Assembly (NCBI GenBank): GCA_001687465.1
Contig: LVLI01000132.1
Coordinates: 1-64,000 of the forward strand
Origin: Halocafeteria seosinensis
Taxonomy: Eukaryota
Direction: 5' to 3'
Length of the DNA: 64,000 nucleotides
Of the stretch, positions 37,820 through 51,600 are shown piece by piece. The notes beneath the pieces were generated by a model. That model made no database searches and was not told the origin of the DNA. It saw nothing but the letters and a program-made list of their open reading frames with translations. How positions within the stretch are numbered: position 1 is the first letter of the stretch; the number at the start of each line of letters is the position of its first letter. Made by a program: the position numbers and the translations under genes.

Positions 37820-40800
37820 ATGGCAAGACTACACACTATGAAATTGACCCCCAAGACAGCGATTGTAAGCTGCTCTCTTTTGGTGGCGGCGGCTATGGCG
37901 ATTGCTGCTACAGCGCGCTCGTCGGCCAATGAATATCTCATCCGAAGGCGCCATTCCACCCCGGGAAATGCCATGCCGGGGAACGAAGGGGGAGCGTCAT
38001 GCAGTGTAAGCGGGGATGATCGGCAAGATTGCGCCCCATGGGCGACCCACGAAGGAGGTGTGACCAAAGACGAATGTCATGCTCATGGGTGCTGCTATGA
38101 TTCGTCCCAATCTGGTTCTCCTTGGTGCTTCCACCCTTCCGTTCCAGCTCCAAGCCAACAACAATGCTCCATTTATAAAGCCAACCGAGTGGATTGTTTC
38201 CCCGACGAAGGAGCTTCCCAAGACAAGTGCGAAGCACGTGGATGCTGCTGGGTTCCATCCAATAGCGGAGACAACGTGGCTTGGTGCTTTTATCCCCGCA
38301 CGGTACGTGTAACCACATGCATTTTCTATCGATTGTGGTCATGTTGAATTTTGTTTTGACCTTATGGATGCAGAATGGATACTCTGTGTCTAACTCCGTT
38401 AACACATACTATGGAGCGCAGTCGAATTTGACCTGGTCGTCTAAGGTCCGGGGTCCCTATGGGAATGATCCCCAAACGGTGACGGTGGATATACGAGAAG
38501 AGACTGACAATCGCCTCCATGTAAAATTCACTGAACCTGGGAAACATCGACATGAGGTGCCAGGAATCATCAGCTCGTCGAACTCGCGACAATCTGCCAA
38601 ACCTTCTAATCCGAGCTACAAATACAGACTGAATAATTCACCCTTCGGTCTCGAAGTAACAAATACTCAGGGAAACATTGCTTTCTTCAATTCCACACCT
38701 CCCGCAGGAGGGTCTTTCTCCAGCTTAATATTTGAAGAACAGTATATGGAGATATCGAGTCAAATTCCACAGACAGCCAAAGTGTATGGAATAGGTATGT
38801 AGGGTATCTTTTTGTGTTGGATAGACTGCAGAGCGACTGTCACGGTTGTTTCACTACTTCTCCAACAGGAGAGCACGTAACTCCGTTGGAACTGCCTCGT
38901 CAGGCCGATGGAAACAGTGGGCAAGTGTACACAATATTTGCGAAAGATCAGGGTACCCCACCTCATCGTGAAACGGGAGCGACCAACCTCTACGGATCGT
39001 TTCCCTTCTATATGGTGTATGATACTGACCAGGAAGTCGCCTATGGCGTTTTCCTTCTCAATTCCAATGCAATGGACGTTATTCTGCAACCGGATGCGGT
39101 AACATTCCGTGTATCCGGGGGAATCCTGGACTTCTACATCTTTACGGGACCATCACCAGGGGCCGTAGTACAACAGTACATAGATTTGGTCGGTCATCCT
39201 ATCCTTCCACCCTACTGGGGGCTGGGTTTCCATCTGTGCCGCTGGGGATACGGCAGCATCGCAAAGACCGAGGAGGTAGCAGACAGTATGAGGAGTAACA
39301 ATCTTCCACAGGACGCTCAATGGAATGGTAAGGGCGGTGAATCTTTACATGTTCTACTTGACCCGAACGAAATAGCGCTGAACACTGTCCTTCAGATATC
39401 GATTACATGGATCAACATTTGGACTTTACTACCGATCCACAGAACTTTCCCGTCTCCAATTTTTCTGCCTTTGTCGACAAGCTTCATAGCCGTGGGCAAA
39501 GATATGTGATGATTTTTGATCCAGGTAATAAGACTTCCAGGAGGTCGTTGTTGAACGATCATAGGAATTTGACTGCTTTTGTGTCTTTGCAGCAATTTCA
39601 TCAACACAACAATCCGGCACCTACCCTCCTTTTGACGATGGTGCTAGCAAGGGCGTTTTCGTCAACGACAGTGATGGCAACATATTCATCGGGAAGGTTT
39701 GGCCGGGTCTCACCGCGTTTCCAGATTTCTTCAATCCCAAGACGTACGACTGGTGGCTGCAACAGATCAAAGTCAGTTGATAGTTTCCAGTTTGCGAGAT
39801 ACCAAATTACTTCAGCTTATCTTCCTTTTTTACTTTTGTGGTCATCCAGGATTTTCATGATAAGATTGCCTATGACGGGATGTGGATTGATATGAACGAG
39901 CCCTCAAACTTTTGCGCAGGAGAGTGTCCCTCAGACAAAGCTGCTGTGAATCGGAAGAAGGATGCTAAACATAGCTCAGATTCCATCACAGATGGTTTCG
40001 ACCCTGATCATCCACCTTACTTGCCGGGTCACCGTGGCGGTGTATCCGATATCAATGAGAAGACTGTATCAATGAGTGCTCTTCAATATCCCGGTTTGCA
40101 TTATAATTTTCATAGCATGTACGGGTACAGCGAAGGCGTGGCCAGCAATAAGGCCATGGAAGAAGTGCTGGATGAGAGAACACTGATCATTGGGCGATCC
40201 ACTTTCCCAGGTTCTGGAGTCCATCAAGGTCATTGGCTAGGCGACAACACAGCCAGTTGGGATGACCTATACTACAGCATTCCGGGCACCATCACCTTCA
40301 ACATGTTTGGAATCCCTCTCGTGGGACCAGACATTTGTGGCTTCGATGGCGATACAACTGCTGAACTTTGCACGCGCTGGACCCAGCTTGGGGCGTTCTA
40401 TGGTTTTATGAGGAATCACAATGTCAAAGGGGCGAAACCGCAGGCGCCGTACCAGTTCGGCGAACCGTACACATCCTACATGAGAACAGCGTTACAAACC
40501 CGATATACCCTCTTACCTTACATTTACACGCTATTTAAGGATGCCCACGTTGAGGGATCCACTGTCAATCGTGCGTTGTTTTGGGAGTTTTACTCAAGCA
40601 ATGATGGCGACATAGAAACGCTTTCGACTGTCGATAAGCAAATGATGCTTGGACCTGCTCTTCTTGTCACTCCGGTGTTGCAGCAGGGGATGACTTCCGT
40701 ACAAGGATATTTCCCCAAAGCTACCTGGTATGATTGGTTCAACGGGACCATTCTGTCTCAAAGCGTTCCTGGTACCGTAACTCTGGATGCGCCGCTGAGC

Positions 40801-41250
40801 GCTATCAACGTGCACATCCGTGGAGGGTACATTGTCCCCACCCAAGGGAGTGGCTTGGACACTGTCGAGGCGAGGAAGAATCCTTACCATCTCACAGTGG
40901 CTTTTTCTAGTAGTTGTTCAGCTGTGGGGTCAATGTTCGTTGATGATGGTGTATCACTAGACAGTTTGGAGCAAGATAAGTATACTGAATTATCCTTCTC
41001 TGCCGAGTGCCAGAACAATGGCAGCAGTGGCTCAATCTCGGCAACTGTCTCTAATTCCGGGTTCCAACCGGAAGGCAGCGCAACTTGGCAGAAGGTACGC
41101 GTCCTAGGCGTGAACAATTTCAGTAAGGACGGTACCACCACTGTAGGCGGAAATCCCGTCGATCATAGTTACAACTCCTCTTCCGCTGTCTTGACAATCT
41201 CGATTCCATCCATAGAAATAACTAGTCCTTTATCAATTGAATGGAGTTAG
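37820..41250 (+). CDS. Secreted/lysosomal GH31 alpha-glucosidase (GAA-like) with two N-terminal trefoil (P-type) domains, multi-exon
   Basis: Signal peptide; two trefoil domains ([25 protein letters not shown]); [15 protein letters not shown]; catalytic [29 protein letters not shown]. Confidence 0.95.
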
Positions 41251-41318
41251 TTCACGCAGTAGTCGTGTGCATTATTTGAAAACGGATACTAGAGCTTGCA
41301 TAAAACGTGTCGTTACTC

Positions 41319-43080
41319 TTAATCTTCCTCACTGTCATAATCAAACATCCGTGGTGGACCTCTGTCAAATAATTCGCTCGCACTACGGCACACTCTTGGA
41401 GCAGGAGAAGTACCGTGCCTTCGTGGACCAGAATGCGAACGCCGAAGACAATTGTTGGACTTTGTCTGGTCATTAAAGTTTGTGTGCTTTTGCTGCACCA
41501 GTCTTTGCATTTCTGCTCGCTTAGCAGCGTGGTTTTCCGAGTCCATACGGACATATTCGCGAGGCGTGCAGTAGTCCTGCGCGAAAAGAGAACCAAGAGG
41601 AAAGGTGGTAATCGATGGATCCTTTAGTCGCAGATACAGAAAAAGGGTGACTTACAGGAAACTTCTCATAAAAAGCTTGATAGCCTCCTTTGAGCAGGTA
41701 TAACTCTGGAACGTACAACTTTGGCCAGTGCTCACCCCCGACCAGAGCACGGTCCAAGTTCCGCATTGCGGACAGCCTGGTCATAGTGTCCTAAAATAAG
41801 TAACCCAATTCGACTGATAAAACCCACCAATCAGACTTACATCTTTGGCGCCCTGTGGGAGGAGAACTCACAATGCATTATGAAAACACGTTTCTTGTTC
41901 GCGTTGGGTGGGAACATGGTGTCTTTCAGTTGAAATGGATCCATTAAATTAGTCGCTTCCATTATATGACCACCTTGATATTCGTCTGCGGTTGGACGAA
42001 ACAGAGGAAGCAACCTATCACGCACTGCTAGCAGCGGCAAGCGAATAGAAGTGATCCTTACAAGGGAAGCGACAATCAATAATCCAGAATTCCGTATCCT
42101 TGGAAGAGTAATGTCCGTCCAGAACCCTCTTCAGCTGCGAGAAAAAATCATCAAGAGCGAGCCTTGAGTATCGCATGCGGAGCATCCTGACTTACAGTTT
42201 CAGGCGAAATTACATTTGGCCATTTCTCAGATTTACCGTCCTCACAAGGCAGGATATGCTTTTCGGAATTCGTAGCGTCCGGGAATCCTTCCGTAGAAAG
42301 GAAAGGAGTGGTGGGGGTGGACGCAGGAGTAAGAGGATCATTTGCTGCTGTCCCGCGTCTCCCAAATATATTATCTTCGTCGGTATCACATCGTTGGCGT
42401 TTATTAACATTCGGACTGGATCCTCCATCGTGTAATTCCGGAACGCAATCCTGAGCACTTACGCTCCCATGGGGAGCATGAATCCCCGAAAGGTCGGAAA
42501 TGCTAAAGAACAACCGAACGCCTCGTTTCGGATTCGGCTTCGGAGGGGATGACTCCTCCACAGCGATAGACGCACCGGTCTGAAGCTGTTCTGTTTTTGA
42601 TGTTGAACGTGGTTGGCCGTTTGTACCAACATGCGTGTTCCCAGAAGCTTGGGCTCCTTCGGAACGACTTGTCGCGTTTGCGTTGTCGTTTGCGTACTCA
42701 CGGAAGGCTGTTTGCTCCGATGGGGTAGAGGATCCAGCATGTGGATTTTGTGCGGAGTCAGCTCTGCTGGAGAAAGCAGGACCGAAACTTCCCCCTTCGC
42801 TTGGATTGGACGTGGCCGAGTTTAATGGAGTCGACGACGTACCCCAATTTCCCATGTTCGTTCCACCATCGCATTCATCGTCATCGCAGCTCGGTTGACA
42901 TAGACGAAGAGTTCTGGCGGCGTGATTCCTGACACCTGTGTCTTGCTGATCTTGATCCGTATTCAGACGGGGGGAGGTATCCGCGTCCCCTTGGTTCGAT
43001 TCACGGTTAAGATCCAGCACACCCATTTGAGGTGTAGCTGACGTCTCTTGACGACTGTACGGTCCTGGTGTAGACGACAT
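41319..43080 (-). CDS. CDC25: Cdc25 M-phase inducer phosphatase (multi-exon)
   Basis: Spliced translation gives WIIDCRFPYEYQGGHI, FIMHCEFSSHRAPKM, MRNLDR..WPKLYVPELYLLKGGYQAFY and CTPREYVRM; long disordered S/T-P-rich N-terminus. Confidence 0.92.
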
Positions 43081-44008
43081 GTTGAACTTTCTCTCTGATA
43101 ACGTACCGCAAAAGGTAAAAACGCGCTTTTGCCGTTGCGCGCGCGTTGCCGACGACGGGCGTTCTAAACGGCAGCCTGAGACAAAAGATACGTCTTACTT
43201 TCGCTCTCGCCCTACGCAAGGATTGGGACTTCTCCTCTTAGACGGCAACAGTGGGATCCGATGAATATGGGTAGGTATTGTGCTCTAGTGGCCTCGTAGA
43301 CGAGTGCGAAAAGACACCGGGAGGAAAAAATGTCTTCTCGAGAATGTCGCAAGGGGGACCCACAGGGAACAAAAAATACGGTGCGGAAACCTGGTAGATC
43401 TTTTTTGTTGTCTTCAGCTCCCTTTGCGGCCGACGAGTTTGTGCTCTGATTTCCAAGGTTTATAGCCGGATTCAGAACAGCTACCCGAAAGAATCCAACT
43501 GGGACGCGTTCAGTGAGACTGTAGGCAACAGGGGCAGCATACACGGTCCCGTGTATGCAGACAAAACGAGCCGAAAACTTTTGGAATTCAAAAGAAACAC
43601 ACGGGGGGAATATCCTCCCTCCTTTACTTGCTGTTCTCAGGCTGTATGCCACTCACACACAGTTCCAACACAAGACCCAGACACGCACAAGCGACAGTTT
43701 ACGTATTACAACCAATCTGGAAACACACGGGAAAACAAACACAGCAATGATGTCCTATCGAGTGAAGAGAGCCGGCGATTGCCAAGTTGAACTTCACAAG
43801 CGGGAGGAGGGAGGAAAATGTTACCTTGGTCTTTTGATACGTCTGTATTACTTCTGTATGCAGTGCAAGACACGGGAACGGGGTTGACAAGTTCCAGGCG
43901 TACGGGGGGAATGATACCCTGAAAGAGCAAGTGAAAGAAAACACAGAGGGTTGGGAATTGCTTGTCGTCTGAGGGATGGATATACATACATACAGAGAGA
44001 CATAGTCA

Positions 44009-45322
44009 ATGCAAGGCCCTAATCAAGGTAATATCCCTGCCCAATATCGGTACAGTTATCAGGGATCCGCCTATCCTGCGGCGGTGCAGCCGCAACAGCA
44101 CGCTATACCCTACCCAACCCGAACTCAACAACCGTATGGATACCCCCAGCAGCAGAATATTGTCTACAGACCAGTTACAGCTACCCAACAGCAGTATTAT
44201 GGGCCCCCTCAGCAACAATTGTTCCGGTCAATGGCTCCCTATCAGACTGCTCAACGGATGTACGACCCAGCACAGTATGCACAGCCTGTGCAAAGGATGC
44301 CACAAGCACAGCAAGCGATGTACAGGCAACCAGTGACGGGGATGCCAACTTACGCGGGTCAATCCGCAGGTGCGATGATTTATGCATCTCAGCCAGTTGC
44401 TCAAAGTTCTGCTTCCAGTAAGTTGGCGTTTGTCATGCTTACTGGTACCGTACCACGTTTTAGTAGACACTCTTTGTACCTGTTTTGTCGCTTTCATACA
44501 GTGTACATACAGCAAAGGAGCCCTAGTCAGGTGCGTTCTGTGTACTCGTCACAGTACGATGCCAATTACAGGCCAGAGTATCGAGCCTCAATTTCTCCTA
44601 ACCGCAAAAGGACGCAAGACCGTCGCTATTCGCGTGGGGACAACGACTCCGAAGACTCAGTGCCCTCCTACTACAGAGACGACGATCCATCTTACCGTCA
44701 TAAGGAGCGTGAATACAGGGAGGGGTCACATCAGTCCTGCAGGGATACGAGAAGGAGTTCATCGTACTACCGCAAACACATTTATTATAGCGGTTCTGAT
44801 GAAAGGGGGACAAAGGGGCGAAAGAGTTCATATGAACCTCTGGAAGAAGAATGGGGTGGAATTACAGAGGGAGATGGAGATGATAGTTATGAGGGTCAAG
44901 CGTATCACCAGTTAATAACGAATCCGCGTCAAGCCGTTTCAGGAAGGAGTCGTGGTAAGAGGAGGGCAAACTACGAAGATTCCGGATATGGCAACTCAGC
45001 GAGATCCCCTAGCAAGGACTGTTCGAAGAGGGGAGACGGAGTATTCTATATTGCGTCGGCTGTGGGCTCCTCAAAACGGAGGCGAAGAAACGAAGAGTAC
45101 TCCGATCGTGCGGCTAAGGAAGATCGTCTTGCCAAAGAAGACGCCATGGACAATGAGATCACCTCGCAGATTCTACGCAATACACGGAAGCAATTACGGA
45201 AAGTCCGACGTACGGTTCTGGAGGTCGGAACAGATATAATGTGTGCTCGTCTTTATCGTGATGAAGCTCGTCATGTTAGCTCTCTTGTTCGGACTGTTTG
45301 GGAAGGTAAAGATGGTCGTTGA
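44009..45322 (+). CDS. Hypothetical low-complexity protein (Q/P/Y-rich N-terminus, R/S/D-rich C-terminus; probable in-frame intron from ~44418)
   Basis: 437-aa ORF with strongly biased composition; a gtaagt...catacag intron candidate; no recognisable domain. Confidence 0.6.
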   Translation: MQGPNQGNIPAQYRYSYQGSAYPAAVQPQQHAIPYPTRTQQPYGYPQQQNIVYRPVTATQQQYYGPPQQQLFRSMAPYQTAQRMYDPAQYAQPVQRMPQAQQAMYRQPVTGMPTYAGQSAGAMIYASQPVAQSSASSKLAFVMLTGTVPRFSRHSLYLFCRFHTVYIQQRSPSQVRSVYSSQYDANYRPEYRASISPNRKRTQDRRYSRGDNDSEDSVPSYYRDDDPSYRHKEREYREGSHQSCRDTRRSSSYYRKHIYYSGSDERGTKGRKSSYEPLEEEWGGITEGDGDDSYEGQAYHQLITNPRQAVSGRSRGKRRANYEDSGYGNSARSPSKDCSKRGDGVFYIASAVGSSKRRRRNEEYSDRAAKEDRLAKEDAMDNEITSQILRNTRKQLRKVRRTVLEVGTDIMCARLYRDEARHVSSLVRTVWEGKDGR

Positions 45323-45325
45323 TGA
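45307..45325 (+). repeat. 19-bp direct repeat TAAAGATGGTCGTTGATGA, left copy (right copy 53042-53060)
   Basis: Exact match at both positions. Confidence 0.9.
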
Positions 45326-45354
45326 AGGAAAGAAGCTGCGCATCACGTTCCTCG

Positions 45355-45590
45355 GCCGATAGCAGCAACAAGCTTGGAGGCAGATGTCAAGAACCGATAG
45401 TGGTCCTCCCACTAGCACATCGCATGGACTAGAAGTGCTGAAAGCGTTTTGGAGGTTGCATAGGCAATATCTTAGGGCGGATAGTAGGAGTCTGCAGCGT
45501 TTCGGGGAGATGGCGACGAGAATCGCGGACATGTCCAAGTCCCTTACGGGGACCATAAAATTCATCGAAGAAGGCACGGATACTGAGTGG
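45355..45590 (+). pseudogene. Diverged direct copy of the p62 3' coding region (~54990-55240)
   Basis: LKAFWRLHRQYLRADSRSLQRFGEMATRIADMSKS versus LKTFWRLHSQYSRADSRSLQRFGEMATRIAEMSKS in p62. Confidence 0.9.
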
Positions 45591-45931
45591 CTAAGCCGGC
45601 ATGGCATAATATTCAAGCCGTATTTTGAGAATCTAAACTCATCAAAATAATTGCCATTGCTTTATCTATACGAATAGATGTATTGGATTTTATAAAAGCG
45701 TATTGGACGGTACATGTTGGTGATTGTGTACCACAATAGCCAATAGCATGGCATGCCGGGCCACCACGAAGTTAGTAACAACGTTCGAATAAAACGTGTA
45801 TTCAACTCAAACCATCGTCACAAAACAGGTGCATTCAAGGATCCCATTCTGTTACAACTTGTACAAGTAAGCTTGTGTGCAAACACATATGATAACACCG
45901 GTAAAAGGAAGTAGGGTTCCCTCTACTGCGT

Positions 45932-47660
45932 TCATCCAAGGACACCGTTTCTCGTCAATCTCACCACATACACATCAAGCTTACGGAGAATCTCGGTCTC
46001 GAATCTATTCGTGGTATCGCTTGTATTTGGAGTGTACGTAGGCTGTTGCAACGAGCAATCCGGGAGGTAGGGAGGGATTACAAGAATGAAGGGGATCCTA
46101 TCCACCCTTCTAAACAAACTCTTCGAACTCAGTGAACGATTCCGCCAAAGCTTCGAACAGCATACGGAAGCCATGCAGTGTGAGGGAGTGTACGCTGGCC
46201 GTGCTGGGTTGAAAGAGAATTACATTTTCCCTTCGTTGTCGCCGCGTGCCAGAAACATAAATTGGCCCATCAAACGTTTCCTGGTTCGGGAAATTGGGAT
46301 AAAAAAAAGGCGCCTGTGTAACCGGTTCCCGTGTCCAGCCCCCATTAGAAGCATCAAGTCTTTGAGAGAATTGTTAAGAAGTTTGTCTTGGTTCGCCATT
46401 GCTCCCCGAACAGCAGGTACACGCAGGTCATCCTGCCACCTCCACGATCCGCTTTGGTATTTCCTTCGGACTAGCCATTCAGCGTACGTTGCCTCGTTTT
46501 GTCTGCTTTTCCAAAACACATCTAATGCGATATTTTCAAACGCCTCCCAGACCACTCTGTTCTGTGTGTTTTCTCCGTTAAGAATGTGGTCGTGGATAAA
46601 GGCATTATTCCTTTGCAGAAGAAGGCGTGTAACGCGTTCGGCAATCACGGGGGAAGCGAACGATGTCTCCCAACTGTCGCCTCGCACTTCGTCGCTGTCC
46701 TCTTGTTGCGTCCTGTGGGCCACAAATGAAGCACTTTGTAAGTCGCATCATGGTCATGCTGGACACCACCACCAAAGAGTTCAACCTGCTGAAGATTAAA
46801 CTTGCTCAAGATAACATCAAGCCCAACATTGGGTGGCTCAACAAGCGATCGGGGAATACCTCCCCACGTTTTGAACCAAATGTGCTACTGTAAACTCTCC
46901 CGGAAGATGCATGGCCAACGCTTCGATTTCCTGAACGCTCCAAGGGGCCATAATGCATCTGAACATCGCCTTTTTATATTCCCTATAGTTCTTCTCTCTT
47001 TCCGAGCAAAACAGAAACTTGTGGGCTCCAGCGTCTGCCGCCCGGTAGTCCATTGCGCCATCTATTAGCAGGAGCCGTTGGGCATTACTTTCAGGCAAAA
47101 AAAAAGACTTATGGAAACAAATTTTACCCTCGGCCAAAGCTGAATTACGTTATCTGAGTCAGGCTGTGTCCCCCGTACGTAAATTTCTTTGACAGTGCAT
47201 TCTTTGGGACTTGTTTGTAACCGTTGTCTGATCTTCCAGATGATGTACACTTGCAACAAAGACTTCCCGATTCCAGAAGTGCCAGAGAACAGCATAAATG
47301 ATAATTGGTCCCGGTTTGTAGCCGAAGTCCATGAGGAAGTCCTCTCAGCATTGGTTCCACAAGCTGGTGAAAAATGCGGTCATATTCCTCTCTTACTAGG
47401 ATGTCGGTATTAACGGAGTTCCTGGTCATGAAGAATTTGAAGTCAACTCCAAGGAGGTGCAAATATCGGTAGACACTTCCGTTATTTAGTACAACCTGCC
47501 GCATAGCATCCTTCATGGTAATCTGACGAACAAACTCCTTTGCCATGAGAATGTGTCGCCGCTGGCGCGGGAACACTGCAAAGCCAAGACAAACCAAAGG
47601 TGAAACATACAATGTAATGTCTTCTTGCCTTGGTTTAACCTCGGAGTTCGACAGTCTCAA
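45932..47660 (-). pseudogene. Frameshifted Crinkler/RHS-like P-loop NTPase (plus nuclease) pseudogene
   Basis: Pieces in several frames: LVREEYDRIF, FSGTSGIGKS (Walker A), LLLIDG (Walker B), MAPWSVQEI, YKVLHL, SFASPVI, AFENIAL - the motif order of RHS/CRN NTPase modules. Several frame breaks, one near the A9 run at 47097-47105. Confidence 0.7.
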
Positions 47661-47959
47661 ATGATGAATCCAAAGAGAACTGCTTCTTCCATGTTGAAAC
47701 GTGGAAGTATCGATGTCGGACCATTTGAAGCTCTGAGTAGCTCCTTGCTGGACAAGCGATGTAGACGTGTAAACATGGCTATGCAGTTACTTCTGGTTTC
47801 CCGCAAGTACAGTGCATATCCTGGAAGGATACAGTTCCGGTATTGCTGCCGTCAGTAAGGCGAACAGTTGCTAGGTCGCTGTTGAGCATCAGCACCTCTG
47901 CAGTAATATTTGCGATGCTGTTGTCTTAGTTTCCCCGGAATTTCTTTCCCAAACGGAGT

Positions 47960-48450
47960 TATTAGGACGTCGCCATTGTTGACGTTGACTCATGTACTTG
48001 CTTTTGGTGACTGACAAAGCGCTCCTTTTCGCTGTTAACAAGGCTCACCATTGCAGCGACGGCATTGCTTCAAACAGCTGAAACCTCGGGCCCCCATCAA
48101 TGCTTGGTTCATACTCTCGACTACCTGGGTAGTATATGGCAGCCGATCATATTTACGCCGCTTCCGCCATTACGCCTTTGAGATAGGAAAAGGAAAAGGC
48201 ATGTTGGTGGAAGTTCCATTAGTTTGTCGAACTTGGCTTCGGTTAAGTTTCCTTGGTCCTTTTCACGCACTCCAGAAAACAGCCTACAACCGCGTTTAAT
48301 TCGAATAAGTAATATACGTGTAAGCCCATTACGAAGGCGCTTCTGAGACGGCAAAACCTCTAGTATACCCAAATGGGCCTTATACTACTGGACGCGCCAC
48401 TACCAGCAAAGAACGCGACACTCTCCTCGCCATTGCTCATATTTGATGCG
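47960..48450 (-). pseudogene. Inverted, deleted copy of the p62 5' end, upstream of the RHS-like pseudogene
   Basis: Minus strand cgcatcaaatatgagcaatggcgaggagagtgtcgcgttctttgct...gaggttttgccgtctcagaagc matches 53299-53480; similarity below ~48320 is weak. Confidence 0.8.
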
Positions 48451-48630
48451 CATGCGCTCCCCACCCCATACATCTATGAATTATGCAGTTGCCTTTTTAA
48501 ACTTGTACATGGAAAACAGCGCCACGTGCGGCCCGCGACGTGCCACTGTGAAACATATGTACATTGTACTCCCTTGACTCTGTTCACAGAGCGGGTAGCA
48601 AATAGAGAGCACTGTCTGTACTCCATGCAC

Positions 48631-51600
48631 TCATTTCTTCTTCTGTTTCTTTGGGGAGGGTTCTATTTCCACAGGTGGAGCACCCATCCACAAAATGTCG
48701 GATTCTTTCATATGCTTCATGGGCTTCACCGGGCCACCGCACAGCTTTTCTTTCCGTTCCATCGTCACCTTCAATCCACGACCCAGATCCAACGGTAACA
48801 GTGGGCTTGTGGTTTTCGAGTATTGCTGCAAAGCGGTCTCGAGAGTTTTCTGCTTGAACGCCAGTCCAGCAACAAAACGACGGCAACGCTTGAACGGGTC
48901 CTCGTCGCCCAATTTGGTCCGCATCTCGTTGTACTGCTTCCACTGGGCACTCACGCTAGAGCGAGAGAGAGGGAGTCCGTCAAGGACTCTGCCACGTTGA
49001 ATCTTGTTTAGATACTGCAAATTAGGATCCGTGGTCTTGGCAGCCTCCTGAAACGACCCGTCATTTTCCAACTTGCTTTGGATCCCTACCGATCCTATTC
49101 CTTCGGAGTCGGTTGCAAAAAAGAGAAAATCCCATCCGGCAAACTTCGACAACAAATACAGAATCACCGTCTTCTTATAATCTTGCTCTCGCTTAGGAGG
49201 GAACCGTTCGAATAATTCTTTTAGTTCATGTCCCGTACCTTTTACCCAATGCAAGTTCTTACACACGGTGAAGTCTACCAATACATTCTCCAGGTCGTTT
49301 TTGATATATTGAGCATTCTTGCGAGTGGTTGGGTGGTCAGACTGCTCAAAGTCATCAACATACCAGAGAAAGTCCCGGAATATACTCCATAAAGAGGTTT
49401 CTCCTACTGTTGGAGACCTCGCCAAGAGGAGATGGTGGCAAAGAAGTGGTTCGGCACTTTCTCCCAACCCACTGTGATCTACAAGAAAATTATCACGGAC
49501 CATGGCCGTAACGGTACCATTTAGATGCTCACGGTAGAATTTCCTCTCTACTGGGTCGTTCGAGTTCAACAGTAACTCGGTTCGTTCGACCACACATTGT
49601 TTCACGAACGGCTCTTCGTCCAATATGGCCCGGCGCAACTGCTTAGACTTAGCAACACAAACCCCGCTGCCTACAATGAGGCAATCCATCATTTCCGCAC
49701 TTAGTGGGAGGTATTCAGCATCAAGCTTGATCATCGTGTAAAGAGCCAACATAGCACTATATTTGGAAACCGTGGTATAGATGTCTGCACCAACTTCCTT
49801 GCGCGACTGTAAAGCCCTGTCTACTTGCAATTGGATGACGTCCTTCTTGAGCTTGTTCGTCCGGTTTACTTCATCCTTTAGCATGTTTTTCAGCTCGACT
49901 TGGTTCACCGGCTTCAGAATAGTATAGCCATAGTGTATGTTTTCCACTAGTCTCGCCGCCCAGAGGCCTCTACCACACAACATTTCTACCCCTTGACGGA
50001 ACTCCTTGGTTTTCTCCAGCTGTTTCCAGACACGCTCAACATTGAAGTAGTGAAAAACGAGCTCTTTTATGCCCTGTACTGAAAATATGTCCACATCATG
50101 GGTAAACTGCAGTTTGCACCTAGTCGGCGAGATTTCAGCTGCCTTCTGTAGCCGACTGAAAGTCGATTTCGTTCCCACAAACACACCTCCAATTTCGTGG
50201 TGTTTCAACAAGTGCGAAACCTCCACATGCAACGCGTAGACTTCATCAGTTGGATCATCAGGGATGTTCCTAGGGGGGGCATCTCGTTCTGCTATGTCTG
50301 ACTTATGCAGAAAGAGGCCGGGAAATTTACCTATCAATGCTTGAACTTCATCCACCGCCACGATAATCGACATCCCGGGAATTTTCGACTTCAAATTGCC
50401 TACGGCATTCACTAGGAGCGCTTCAACCTTTTCTGCACTTGGTAAGTTTTTGTAGTCGACACCATTGTGTCGCACATTTACCAAGACCTCACAAAGGCGA
50501 GACTCCGCAATCTTGCAAACTTCTTCTTCCCCTAGACCATTTCGTAAGGCCCATAAAGCAGCTATCCGCATATCTTGCGGGCTGAAAGGAGGATGCTGAC
50601 GACCGATAGTATTGAGCAGTAGGTAAATATACTCTATATAACTGGCGAATACTAAGTTCACAGCGGCATATGCTGCTTCAGAAATGATCCTCTCCAGCCC
50701 AGGTTCCAAATATACAGTGAGTGTTTTCAAAATACTGTCAAGGAAACCCCAGGGTGCCGTCAGGTAATCCCCACCTTCACCCTGCCCTTTCGTTGCCACG
50801 TTGCACAAGATAACAAGGGTATCGTGTTTGGGGTCCATTCCTAAAACGTACAGGGCATGAGTCTTTCCACCGCCACTGGACTGACTGTAAATTGTCAGAT
50901 ACCCATCTTGCCCTTCCGTGAAAGCACCTTGTAAAATAAAACGCAATGCCCGTAGTGTGGAGGGGCCCACGTGATGCAAGAACTGAGGAATAACTTCAGG
51001 GCTTGCGGTTTTGTAAAATACCGGCACAGGTCTCTTGGAAAAACCTTCCGCTTCAGTATGCGGCTGCTCTGAAAACATCTGATTCCTCTTCATGCTTTTC
51101 ACAACGTGGCGCAACACTCCTTTGATATTCTGCGGCTTTTGCGCCCGAAGGAAGCTCAGGTCCATTCCTGCAATCGCATGCCAAAAGAACGTGTAGACCA
51201 CATGCCTAGGATACAGTGTTCATGTAGGATCACCGGACAACGCACCAAACTTCCCCAATCGTTGCTCCGAGCCTGTGGGGGAACAGCGAAAATACATGTA
51301 TCACACCACGATGAAAAGTCACAAAAACCAACCGTCTACAGCACAACGCAGGTAATATCTATAGGTGGGTAGAGACTTACCTGTTTCGTGCGGACATAGT
51401 TTCCTAATCAAGGCACACAGCGTATCGGTTAGCATGGGTACTGAGAGACCCGGCTCCTCACAAAACAGACCAGAGTCAGACTCTAAGCTATCATTCTTCC
51501 ACTGTTCAACTTTCTGTTTCATTGTGTCCCTCTCATCGGGAGGGTACAAATCCTTGAGGCGTTTTTCTTTATACGCATCGCAAGCCCCATAGTCACCCAA

